Source: Octopus bimaculoides
Taxonomy: Eukaryota
Length of the DNA: 64,000 nucleotides
Assembly (NCBI RefSeq): GCF_001194135.2
Contig: NC_068986.1
Coordinates: 58,173,163 to 58,237,162 of the forward strand
Direction of reading: 5' to 3'
Position 1 is the first letter of the stretch, and every line of letters starts with the position of its first letter. Positions 53,669 through 64,000 of this stretch are shown here, in pieces. A program made the translations under genes and the position numbers. The notes under the pieces are model-generated. The model was not told the origin of the DNA, ran no database searches, and was given only the letters and a program-made list of their open reading frames with translations.

Positions 53669-53814
53669 GTTGTTCCGGCTGCCCTTTTCCCCACATTGGG
53701 ACAGCTATTACTACCAAGACACTGCTTTTCAGAACTTTATGCATGAAGAGATATATCTGTATATGTATTGCTGTCATCTAAGGAGTCGGAGTTGGCGTGA
53801 AATTGCTGATTACT

Positions 53815-54345
53815 TATTAACTTTAAATTAATATAAGTTGACCTCGCAATCTTCAATTTTAGTATTTATTTATTAATTTCAGATGAAATTATAGCATTAT
53901 TATTGAGGAGCCTTTCAGTCCAATTCGAGATTGTATATAGCTATTCAGTGTGTATAAAATGTCTTGTCCCTGTAAGCGCAATAAAAGGCGTCTACTGAGA
54001 TTTGTACAAGCTTCGCCCATGTAGATAGATTTATATGCTTAGACGTTGACAATTGTAACGCTGGTATGAGAATTTGTAAACTATGTTGGTTACTTTTGCT
54101 TCAGTGATCATATTATAGTTGGCTGGGTTTTTTTTAAAGTTTTGTTATGTATTGTTTGGTTGGTGTTATTGATTGAAAGAAAAAGAAATTGTTTGTCAAG
54201 TTTATTGCTTCTGTAGTTTATAAGTTGAACTTCGTCAATAGTGTTGACGCATGAAGTGTTCCGATTAATAATATTTTTGATAGCTCGTTCGTCTATTTTG
54301 TAGTTAAGAAGCGGTGGTTGTCTGATTTATGTATTTTAGTTTAAT
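53815..54345 (-). mobile_element. Decayed Penelope-like GIY-YIG endonuclease region, different type from 46784
   Basis: RC: YKIDERAIKNIINRNTSCVN; TNIVYKFSYQ; after a frameshift IYMGEACTNLSRRLLLRLQG (cf. YIG.T...LSRRL..HLQ); LLNNNAII..LKIARSTYI. Confidence 0.65.
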
Positions 54346-57156
54346 ATCAGTTGATTCCTTCTCTCAAGGTTTTTAGTTGGAAGAGGCGGTAGAGCGGCGG
54401 AAAACTAAACGTCATACTATATTAAAAAGCGTCCTTCTGCAATCTGATTTAAAATCCCACTGGCGTCGATAAAAAATTTATCATTACTAAACTAGGGTCA
54501 AATCGATGGACACGCCAGCTCTTAGCTTTGTGAAGATGTGAAAAATCAATCTCACCTCACCAGGTATAAGCATTATTTTCTTACTATGTAAAAAGAAATC
54601 AAAAATTACCATTTCATGTCAATTATTCCTTACATTTTCTTTCCTCGGACAACCAAAATAACAAGTTAGTCAGATGAGCCTTTACTTATTTCTGTCTACA
54701 CAAAATATTGAACTTATATTTCAAAAATACCATCCATGTAATACATTGGTACATGCTGTTCCTCTCTGAAAATTGCTTTAAAGGTGTGCGCGCGCGCGCG
54801 TATATATATTTGTGTGTGTGTGTGTATGTATATATNNNNNNNNNNNNNNNNNNNNNNNNNNNNNNNNNNNNNNNNNNNNNNNNNNNNNNNNNNNNNNNNN
54901 NNNNNNNNNNNNNNNNNNNNNNNNNNNNNNNNNNNNNNNNNNNNNNNNNNNNNNNNNNNNNNNNNNNNNNNNNNNNNNNNNNNNNNNNNNNNNNNNNNNN
55001 NNNNNNNNNNNNNNNNNNNNNNNNNNNNNNNNNNNNNNNNNNNNNNNNNNNNNNNNNNNNNNNNNNNNNNNNNNNNNNNNNNNNNNNNNNNNNNNNNNNN
55101 NNNNNNNNNNNNNNNNNNNNNNNNNNNNNNNNNNNNNNNNNNNNNNNNNNNNNNNNNNNNNNNNNNNNNNNNNNNNNNNNNNNNNNNNNNNNNNNNNNNN
55201 NNNNNNNNNNNNNNNNNNNNNNNNNNNNNNNNNNNNNNNNNNNNNNNNNNNNNNNNNNNNNNNNNNNNNNNNNNNNNNNNNNNNNNNNNNNNNNNNNNNN
55301 NNNNNNNNNNNNNNNNNNNNNNNNNNNNNNNNNNNNNNNNNNNNNNNNNNNNNNNNNNNNNNNNNNNNNNNNNNNNNNNNNNNNNNNNNNNNNNNNNNNN
55401 NNNNNNNNNNNNNNNNNNNNNNNNNNNNNNNNNNNNNNNNNNNNNNNNNNNNNNNNNNNNNNNNNNNNNNNNNNNNNNNNNNNNNNNNNNNNNNNNNNNN
55501 NNNNNNNNNNNNNNNNNNNNNNNNNNNNNNNNNNNNNNNNNNNNNNNNNNNNNNNNNNNNNNNNNNNNNNNNNNNNNNNNNNNNNNNNNNNNNNNNNNNN
55601 NNNNNNNNNNNNNNNNNNNNNNNNNNNNNNNNNNNNNNNNNAAGGTGCTTCCACTTCACCATCACCACCACCACCACCACCACCACCACTACTACTACTA
55701 CCACCAGCCAAACACTACCACTACCGCTACCACTACGGCAACAATAATCTCACGACGTTTCACCAATTGTTTTCTATAAAGATCTTCCGTAGCTTAGGGA
55801 GGAAAAGGTCGAAATCTATTATCGCTATATAATATGGTAACAATAATGAAAACTATTATTACTGATGATAATATTGGTGGTGGTGGTTACTACTGAGGAT
55901 GGTGGTAGTGATGGTGGCTTCTATTTTTGAGTGGTTGGTGTTGTTGTTAGTGTTGACAGTGACGCTAGTGGTAGTCTTGATAGTAATTTTATCATCTTTT
56001 GTCATTGTCAACGGATGCATCCACACATAAGAATGAAAGCACGTGCAGTCACACACACGCACATACAAATTCGAACACAACCAATACGCACCCATATTCA
56101 TGTACACACTGCCGTGTATAAATTTAGATATTTACGTTAAATGTTAATACTCTCTAGTAGTCTTCCCCTAGTAAAGCAATGCACTGGGGGCTCTATAAAA
56201 AACTCACTAGATTATCACGGGGCCTCTTAGATCTGTGGGCTCCTGGGCCCCTGGGAAACTTCCCAGTATGCACATCCTTCAAGACGTTCTCAACAGTTGA
56301 GTTTGTGGCTATTGTTGAAATACCAGTCAATCTGTATTTAGCAAACCTACGACCAATAGCAGTCCATCTACGACTATTCCTTCTGCTTAGAGCAGACTAC
56401 ATGAGTCAATCTCCCTTGTCTATAGCGGGCGTAACTTGAACGTGATTTGGCTGTTATTTCTAACAAATACAACGACTATATAAAAGCATTCACATTGACA
56501 TATGATATACTGTTGTTGTTGTCGTTGTCATTGATGTACTTTAGCCCCAGGTTTGTTCTGAGTGTTCAAACCCATCATCAATAGCCATGGCTATTCCGTC
56601 TATGTTTTTTTTCTTCCTTAGTGTACTGCGAACTACATTACGAAGGCCCTGTATAATCTGAGAGAAACTTGGTTGCTATTTCTAGCAGGTCGAACAACTA
56701 CATAGAGGCTTCCCTAACTGATTTAAGTACACACGTTGTTGGTGTTGCTGCTGTCGTTATTGTAGTTATTTAGCTCCGACAAAGAGTGTTATGAATGGTA
56801 TCCCATTCTAGATCTTATCAGTTTTTCTTATCACGTTTTTCCAAGCGGTGTACGTCATTATTCAATATTTCCTTCCTTTTGTTAAGACAACAGAGTAAAA
56901 TTTGAGGGAGATTTGTCTATTTCTCGCGAATCAAATGTCTATGTAGAGGTTCAACCGTTGTTGGTGTGCTGAATAGTCTAGCAAATTGCATTCAGTCACT
57001 GACCTCTAGTGCAAGCGATTTTCTCAGTTATATGATTAAGTTTAATGTGAAATCAGCTGGGTTGTCTGCCCGTTAATCAGTGCATAGTTACTATTTAGAT
57101 ATTGATTGATTCTTGTCACAACTGATTAATTAAAATTTTCATGGTTAGTTATATTA

Positions 57157-57687
57157 CTGGGTAGTCAGATAAATTCATTCATTTCCTTCCAGTGTAATCT
57201 TAATTAGCTCAAAAATATTTTTATAGTAGTGCTTCGTAGTTATTTGTAACTGTATTCTTCCTCTACAACTTCTGCTTATCGATTATGAAATTTGAATAAA
57301 GTTTACCACTTTCAGACATGACAACTGAATACAACTTTTTCAACACCGCAACGCTCATCTCCAAGTCACTAATTTGAGCAGAATTGCTATTCATGAGCTC
57401 GATTGGGAGGTTCTACGGTACTTACCATATCTTCTTAGTATAGCGCCTTTAGATTATTATCTCTCTCGGTCGCTCTCCAATTGTCTGTTTTTCGTCCCAC
57501 AACGACGTGGAGCCGAAAATGCGGCTAGTTGAACTCTTCGAATCAAGAGCTAGTGGTTTCTACTATCAATGTATTGATAAGCCAGTGGAACATTGGGAAG
57601 AAATCATGAACAATGAAGAATATATCATTGACTGATAAAGTTGTTAGCGAAAAATACAAAAGCCAACGAATTTATCAGACAACCTAA
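57157..57687 (+). mobile_element. Internally deleted mariner (Tc1/mariner) element
   Basis: TIRs ctgggtagtcagataaattcatt (57157) versus RC ttaggttgtctgataaattcgtt (57665-57687), 18 of 23 identical, TA on both flanks. Translation ELDWEVLRYLPY..IAPLDYYLSRSLSN (cf. WEVLPHPPYSPDLAPSDYHLFRSL) and FYYQCIDKPVEHWEEIMNNEEYIID*. Confidence 0.88.
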
Positions 57688-58360
57688 TAATTTAGTCCTC
57701 AATTAAGTAATAGACTAATGAAGCTTACTATTTTGGATCAAAAATACGATTCAAACCAATGTTAATAGTTATGGTTTAAGGCACAGTAACGCCCTCGAAA
57801 AATAATTATTAGTGAATTTTTTGCCTCTTTTCTATTTGTTAATGAAATAACAAAATAGTTTGTACCCTCTTCTTTCTTTGTCGTATTTTAGACAAATTTA
57901 AAACGTCTTAATTTTATTGATCATAGTAATTTCTCCATTCCACCTTTTCAAGCCCCTCTGCCTTAAATAGTTTCATGTAGTCGCCCATTTAACGTTCACA
58001 CACACACGTGTACATGTGCATGTGCGCGCGCGCGTACGTTTGTGTATATGTGTGTGTTTAAAGGGAGCAAGTATGGCTGAGTAGTTAAGATCAAATTAGA
58101 GTTCTTGTATACAAACCCCTTTCACTCTTATCCATGCTCTATATTGTCATAGAAGAAGTTGAGATTTTCACACACACGGGCACCAACACTTTACATCAAT
58201 CTGAGCATGAATCAGCGTGATACAAAGTGACACAAATCACAGCGTGACACAAAGTGACACAGAGTAACCAAGTAGAACCTTTGAATTAAAAGTACAATCC
58301 AGGCAGAAAGAATGAAGTTCTATTTACATTTGACAGATATTTGTCCTCATCTTTGTTGTT

Positions 58361-58406
58361 AACACAACGTTTCTGCTGATATACACTCCAGCCTTCATCA
58401 GGTGTC
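58361..58406 (-). ncRNA. Minimal type I hammerhead-like motif
   Basis: GACAC CUGAUGA A GGCUG gaguguauau CAGCA GAA ACGU U GUGUU: stem I GACAC/GUGUU, palindromic stem III ACGU, one extra A before stem II, closing pair mismatched in this copy. Confidence 0.65.
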
Positions 58407-58453
58407 TTGGGGAAATTTCGAACTTGGGTTCTCATTCCTGAGGTATTTTTCGA

Positions 58454-58517
<64 letters not shown>

Positions 58518-58519
<2 letters not shown>

Positions 58520-58902
58520 TGCCTTTGAACAGCTTCTAACGCTGGAGATGTACTACAGTGTCGCTGTCCACTAGGTAACACCTCTTGTTTTTCGAGCACC
58601 TTCCGGAGTATTCGAGCGGTTTCAAGCAGTGCTGTTTTCTGTAAGTGCTCCACTCTTATTGCAGCCCCTATTTGTTCCACGTACTTCTCGAGATTTTTGC
58701 TCACTGTTCCCAGGGCTCCGACAATTATTGGTACTAATGCTACCTTTTTCATCGACTTCAACTGCTTAACTTCCTAAGCTAACCTGTCATATCTCTTAAC
58801 TTTTTTTTCTTCCTTATCGCATACTTTGTCAGCTGGACATGCTATATCTATGATCCAACAGAGTTTGTTTTCTTTCTCAGTTAAGACTATGTCCGGCTTC
58901 CT
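58518..58902 (-). mobile_element. R4/Dong-like RLE LINE 3' fragment (lineage A) nested in the element above
   Basis: RC single frame: RKPDIVLTEKENKLCWIIDIACPADKVCDKEEKKVKRYDRLA*EVKQLKSMKKVALVPIIVGALGTVSKNLEKYVEQIGAAIRVEHLQKTALLETARILRKVLE; followed by (TAA)n at 58453-58517. Confidence 0.88.
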
Positions 58903-60346
58903 CACTGCCTGGAATTGAACTCGGAATCTTGGGGTTAGTAGCCCGCGCTCTTAACCACTACGCCATATGCCCCCGGGCATATGATGTACAAAACGTTGTG
59001 TTAACAACAAACAAAATGGGGGCAAATATCCGTCAAATGTAAATAATATAAATAATGTAGAAAGAATGAAGAATTAACCACAGTATTAGACTGGTACTTT
59101 TTATCGACCTCGAAAAGATTAAATGCAAAGTTTACTGCTACAGGATTCGAACTCATAGCTCAGACAACCAGAGTGAATGCTGAAAAGGAATTCTATCTGA
59201 GACTGATAATTTTGCTACTAGGTGTCTATGTTGTGAACAGACACAGGCAACCTCTCGACACCCTCACTCCTTGACCCAGCAGGAATGTCGGTGGTGTAAC
59301 TTCAGGGGAAAGAGAGAGCTACAACAGCACCCGGCTGGTTCTCATTGCAGCTGAGTAAGTTAGAGCAATGAAGGACACAACCTACCACCATGATCAAGAA
59401 TTGAAACTACGACCTTATGATCATAGCTGCGTAAGCCTAATCACATGCACACGCAGGAGTATATAGGCTTATACATAAAGTAAAGAAGCCATTTTGTTTT
59501 TAAGAAAGTAAGGAGCGATTCGAGGAAGAATTTAGATACTATTTCTAGCAGTTTGAGCGAGCATGTAGAGGCCCTGTCGTTGGTTCCATAAGGTCCAAGT
59601 GAAAATTGTTTGCTCTGATCGTTTGTGAGAAATAAAGCAAAAATGTATGGTGCTTTCCTATTGTATCAGATAAAATATTGAAATGGTATGAAGTCTGGAA
59701 GTCTTCGATCAGCCTGACTAAAATAATGTACAAGACATTTAACGATGATAGATGTGAAATGTGATCGAACCCGGAAACCTATGATTATCACATGAATTTA
59801 ATCATTTGGCTATATTTGCACTCGTCAAGCACTTCTCCCTTTAAACACACATTCATACATCTAGTGCGTGGGTGTGCGTCTCAAGGAGGAAGTTTTTAAA
59901 AAGAGCACACATACATACATACATACATACATACATACATACATACATACATACATACATACACACACGTGTGTATTCAAATATATTCTAACGTGCCGTA
60001 TTTCCTTCCACTCCATTGGTCACCGGTACTTCAGAAAGAGTAACACCCACCATATAAAGGGTCAAAGATTTATATACTTACGAGTGTGTGTATGTGTGTG
60101 TGTCTGTGTGTGTGTGTGAGAGAGAGAGACAGAGAGTGAGGGACTTAAACATCGAGTTAACCCATTGTGCCCTATCGTCATCAAACAGCTCTATTTTAGT
60201 ACTACATTGGGTCCATGCTCTATAATTATTTTGTATTGTTCATGTAAATATTACTCATGTCAAAACGGTCTCTACACTTCTTGTCTATGTTTTCTTTTTT
60301 CCTACACACTCTTCCCACCCCATCTCTCTTGATCTCTCTCTCCCCC

Positions 60347-60379
<33 letters not shown>

Positions 60380-60721
60380 GCTTGCCTCACCATCACACAA
60401 TTTTTCTTTCTTTCATTGCCATCCCAATTCTTTCTGACAGGACAAACAACAGAAACGAGATAACCAAACTTATATAAAAATAATACCGGCGCACACCAAA
60501 ATAAAACAGAGAGAGGTGGAAGAGAGGGAGAGGGAGAGGGAGGTGGAAGAGAAGGAGAGAGAAAGAGAGGGAGGGAGAGGTGGAAGAGGGGGAGAGAGAG
60601 GTAGTAGAAAGGGAGAGAGACGTATAGCATGAAGACATGAAACCTGTTTCCTTCTCCATTTGACTATTAGAAAAACAATCAGACGAAAAGTTCACCGGAA
60701 GAAAATTTCTGTTGATTATAC

Positions 60722-60821
<100 letters not shown>

Positions 60822-61115
60822 CAGGCAGAGAGACCGACAGACAGGCAGAGTGGCAGAGACAAAGAGGGACAGACTTACAAACTTACAGGGTGTAAGAAGA
60901 GGGTGACAGTGAGACGGAAGAGAGAGGGAATGAAAAATAGGGAGATCATTACCTTACACACACACACACTCACACACACTCACACTCACACACACACACA
61001 TACAGATAATTGTGATATGATGAATTTTTGTTATATATGACGTTGGCAGAAATTTCTATAAATAAAATTGTTCACAATTTATAATGATGATCATAATAAT
61101 AATAATAATAATAAT

Positions 61116-61426
61116 ACAGTCCTGGCTAAGAAGGAATATATTCACAGACACGACAGAGCTGGGACCTATATACACTGGAAGCTATGCCAACACTATGGAA
61201 TAACAACAGAAAAAAGATGGTATAAACACACGCCAGAAAAGGTCACAGAAAACGAGAAAGCCAATACACACAGATAGAGAAATTAAGGGAAATAGACCAG
61301 ATATAGTTGTCAAAGGTCATGAAGAAAAAAAATGCTTTCTAATTGATGTATCAATACCAGCAGATGACAACGTTTCTCTAAAAGAAATGGAAAGACTTTC
61401 AAAATACAAAGACCTGGAAATAGAGA
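61116..61426 (+). mobile_element. R4/Dong-like RLE LINE fragment (lineage C), runs into a gap
   Basis: VLAKKEYIHRHDRAGTYIHWKLCQHYGI..WYKHTPEKVTENEK, then a frameshift at about 61260 to PIHTDREIKGNRPDIVVK..KCFLIDVSIPADDNVSLKEMERLSKYKDLEIE (RHD and PD..D..K motifs). Starts right after (AAT)n. Confidence 0.88.
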
Positions 61427-61839
61427 NNNNNNNNNNNNNNNNNNNNNNNNNNNNNNNNNNNNNNNNNNNNNNNNNNNNNNNNNNNNNNNNNNNNNNNNNN
61501 NNNNNNNNNNNNNNNNNNNNNNNNNNNNNNNNNNNNNNNNNNNNNNNNNNNNNNNNNNNNNNNNNNNNNNNNNNNNNNNNNNNNNNNNNNNNNNNNNNNN
61601 NNNNNNNNNNNNNNNNNNNNNNNNNNNNNNNNNNNNNNNNNNNNNNNNNNNNNNNNNNNNNNNNNNNNNNNNNNNNNNNNNNNNNNNNNNNNNNNNNNNN
61701 NNNNNNNNNNNNNNNNNNNNNNNNNNNNNNNNNNNNNNNNNNNNNNNNNNNNNNNNNNNNNNNNNNNNNNNNNNNNNNNNNNNNNNNNNNNNNNNNNNNN
61801 NNNNNNNNNNNNNNNNNNNNNNNNNNNNATTATTATTAT

Positions 61840-62153
61840 TTTATGTTTGACTTTTGTTTTGCATTTGTACAAGTTGGATCCAAGTTTCACCCAGAGACCT
61901 CATGAGACAACAAGTTAGAAGTTCATGTAAGTGTTATGCCTAGGGTACCATATATTTGGATTTGTACAGTTTTGTTCAAGTGAATGTTTAAGAAACCATA
62001 AGAAAATTATGTGTTTGCTTTAAAATTTGAGATCACATAGACAGTATTTTACGTAGGATATGGGCAGTTCCCATGAGCACTATCTTTTGAACTTCAGCCA
62101 TTTTGGGGTTTCCTGGTATCTGAGCTAGGTAGTAATCAGCCCGTTTCGCTGTC
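61840..62153 (-). mobile_element. R4/Dong-like RLE LINE 3' fragment (lineage B, second copy)
   Basis: RC: ADYYLAQIPGNPKMAEVQKIVLMGTAHILRKILSM* (stop at 62033-62035). The 3'UTR aligns with 53224-53452; (TAA)n on both sides. Confidence 0.85.
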
Positions 62154-62213
<60 letters not shown>

Positions 62214-62647
62214 GTCGGCAGGAAACGTTCATGTTACTCGTAAGTTTTGTTTGTTTTATCTGTATTTTAAAAGTGTATTCTAGAAACTATTTGTTCTTCA
62301 CTGCTAAACTGACCAGAATTCTGAGGAACTGGTTACAAAAAAGCCAAAGTGAAAAAAAAAAAGGCCTGTATATAGGTTTGTACAGAATTAAAATTTAGTG
62401 AATTGAAGCATGTAATACAGAATCAAGGTGAAGAAGTGTCTTAAAAGAATCTGAAGCACTAAATTGTACTAAAAAAAGATCGTCACAGTTCAGGTGAGAT
62501 TTCTAACCAATGAAGAGACTAGAATGCATTCTATAACAGCCCTAAAGAACGATGAACTGGTCCTCAAACTGATCTACCTTGGCTGGCGATTGGCAATACT
62601 ATTTGTTGGTGTGATATAGATGTTTTGTGTAATTTGTAAGGCACACT

Positions 62648-63145
62648 AAAGTGTTCGCCAAGAGTTTGGCACTTTATCGTCACCATTTCATCGGTGAAGC
62701 GTTGACGTGCGCCATCTTGAACAGAGGTATCCATGACGATCTCCACCTCATGTGATACATCATAAAGAAGGTGAGTAAGGAACTTAACACGTGCTCAACT
62801 TCGATCATCAGAAAGCTTTCAATGTAGTCGACGACTAATACTCGTCTCCTAGAAAAGTCGGTGGGACTGTTTTTCCATATTTGGAGAGTCGGTCTGCTAT
62901 CCTACAGTGTATCTGAGCACTGGATGGAGGGATTAAGAGTTTGATGCATGGCCAGTCTCAACGCAAAAGGTTCGGCAGAGGTTGCCAATGCTTACAGTGT
63001 CTCTGTCATCTATTACTACCTGACCGCCGTGCCTTGCCTCAATTCACATCTAACTGGAATGGGGCGCCTGCTCTTCTGCTTTCAGTAGTGTTCCACTAGT
63101 CAGGTGCCACATTCATTGTCAACATTCACTGTGGCTGATGATAAG
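62648..63145 (+). mobile_element. Decayed, internally deleted L1/Tx1-clade RT fragment
   Basis: KVFAKSLAL..FIGEALTCAILNRGIHDDLHLM*YIIKKV; FDHQKAFNVVD (cf. LDQSKAFDRVD); SLNAKGSAEVANAYSVSVIYYYLTAVPCLNSHL..LLFCF. Confidence 0.75.
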
Positions 63146-63582
63146 CAGGGCATGAACCGAGTCTACGAAACCTCTTGCATTTTCTTGATGATGAACAATT
63201 GTCATCGTTTGTCTAATACGTTTTTCAACAACACTTCTCTTTGTCAGAGTTACAGTCGTGGATCAAGCAAAGACTGCGACAGGAAATTTAGTATCTGAAA
63301 TATCGTAAGGAGTTTACTACTTTTATCAATACGGTAGATGAAAGTTCCACCTTGGCATTATGAAGACGATTGGCGGTGAAGAATAGCACTAATATGCTCT
63401 TTTTGCTTCTCCTCTTACATAGGACAAACTGGTAGATACTGGCTGAGCGTTTTTCTTTTATCTTTTGTTACTTGCTTACAACTGTACCGTCCGCAATGTT
63501 TTGGCAACCTTTTTTTTTTTTATCAATAAAGAAAACATTACTATCATTATTATTATAATTGTCATTATTATTATTATTATTA

Positions 63583-63895
63583 TGTTGTTATTTTTCTTCT
63601 TTCTTCAAATTTTCTTCCATTTCTCGCCGAGTGTTTTCCGTACACCTAGGGCAGAGAAACTCGTTGTATGCATTCCCAGTTTACACACGCAAATTCACAG
63701 ATAAAACATGCATTTAAGAAAAAAAAAATTCATGAATAGATGTTGTTTTCACAGCGATAATGCTCTTCTCAGTACATGAGTCGTTCCAGTTAGCACGATT
63801 TTTTGCACTTCCTGTAGGGATGGTAAGCCTGGTATCATTTTCAAATAGGTTTCAGTACCTTTTTTTATCATTGTAAGCCTGGTATCATTTTCAAA

Positions 63896-63897
<2 letters not shown>
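63583..63897 (-). mobile_element. R4/Dong-like RLE LINE 3' fragment (lineage D)
   Basis: RC: MIKKGTETYLKMIPGLPSLQEVQKIVLTGTTHVLRRALSL* (stop at 63749-63751), 3'UTR, then a (TAA)n tail; (TAA)n also on the 5' side (63898-63977). Confidence 0.85.
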
Positions 63898-63980
<83 letters not shown>

Positions 63981-64000
63981 TAGTTTTATTTTTATAACGT

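Larger units (their letters stand above)
58321..59045 (-). mobile_element. tRNA-headed non-autonomous element with hammerhead-containing tail (head 58903-58975, tail 58321-58452) and inverted tail copy (58991-59045)
   Basis: RC head gggcatatggcgtagtggttaagagcgcgggctactaaccccaagattccgagttcaattccaggcagtg (A and B boxes, no acceptor stem). RC tail ..aagacacctgatgaaggctggagtgtatatcagcagaaacgttgtgttaacaac.. The + strand segment at 58991 is the reverse complement of 58321-58372. Confidence 0.8.

Noticed and set aside
58903-58975. Possible tRNA gene on the minus strand
   Set aside because: A and B boxes and an anticodon-like arm are present, but the 3' acceptor strand does not pair with the 5' end and the T stem is broken. 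It is a SINE-type head.
63823-63897. Repeat-spacer-repeat that could look like a mini CRISPR array
   Set aside because: Only two units, in eukaryotic context; both repeat and spacer are LINE coding sequence.

Overview
AT-rich eukaryotic non-coding DNA from a fragmented short-read scaffold (26 N-gaps by my count, most flanked by (TA)n). The SINE families and microsatellite landscape look like an Octopus/coleoid cephalopod genome (inference). No host protein-coding gene is confidently supported: almost all ORFs in the track are microsatellite or N-gap artefacts, and only weak candidate exons were found. The window is a dense retroelement graveyard. It holds two abundant tRNA-derived SINE families (called SINE-A and SINE-B here), further non-coding repeat families, a hAT MITE with TSD, a mariner deletion derivative, L1/Tx1 and CR1/L2-type LINE fragments, five R4/Dong-like RLE-LINE fragments (at least 4 lineages), all sitting in (TAA)n arrays, and three Penelope-like (PLE) coding relics. 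The most interesting structures are: (i) a 5'-truncated GIY-YIG PLE flanked by inverted pseudo-LTRs whose two-copy consensus is a complete minimal type I hammerhead ribozyme (46659-47946); (ii) a tRNA-headed, hammerhead-tailed non-autonomous element with a PLE-style inverted 5' tail copy and an R4/Dong LINE nested in its (TAA)n linker (58321-59045). All protein assignments come from manual translation and motif recognition, not database searches. Repeat boundaries are approximate.
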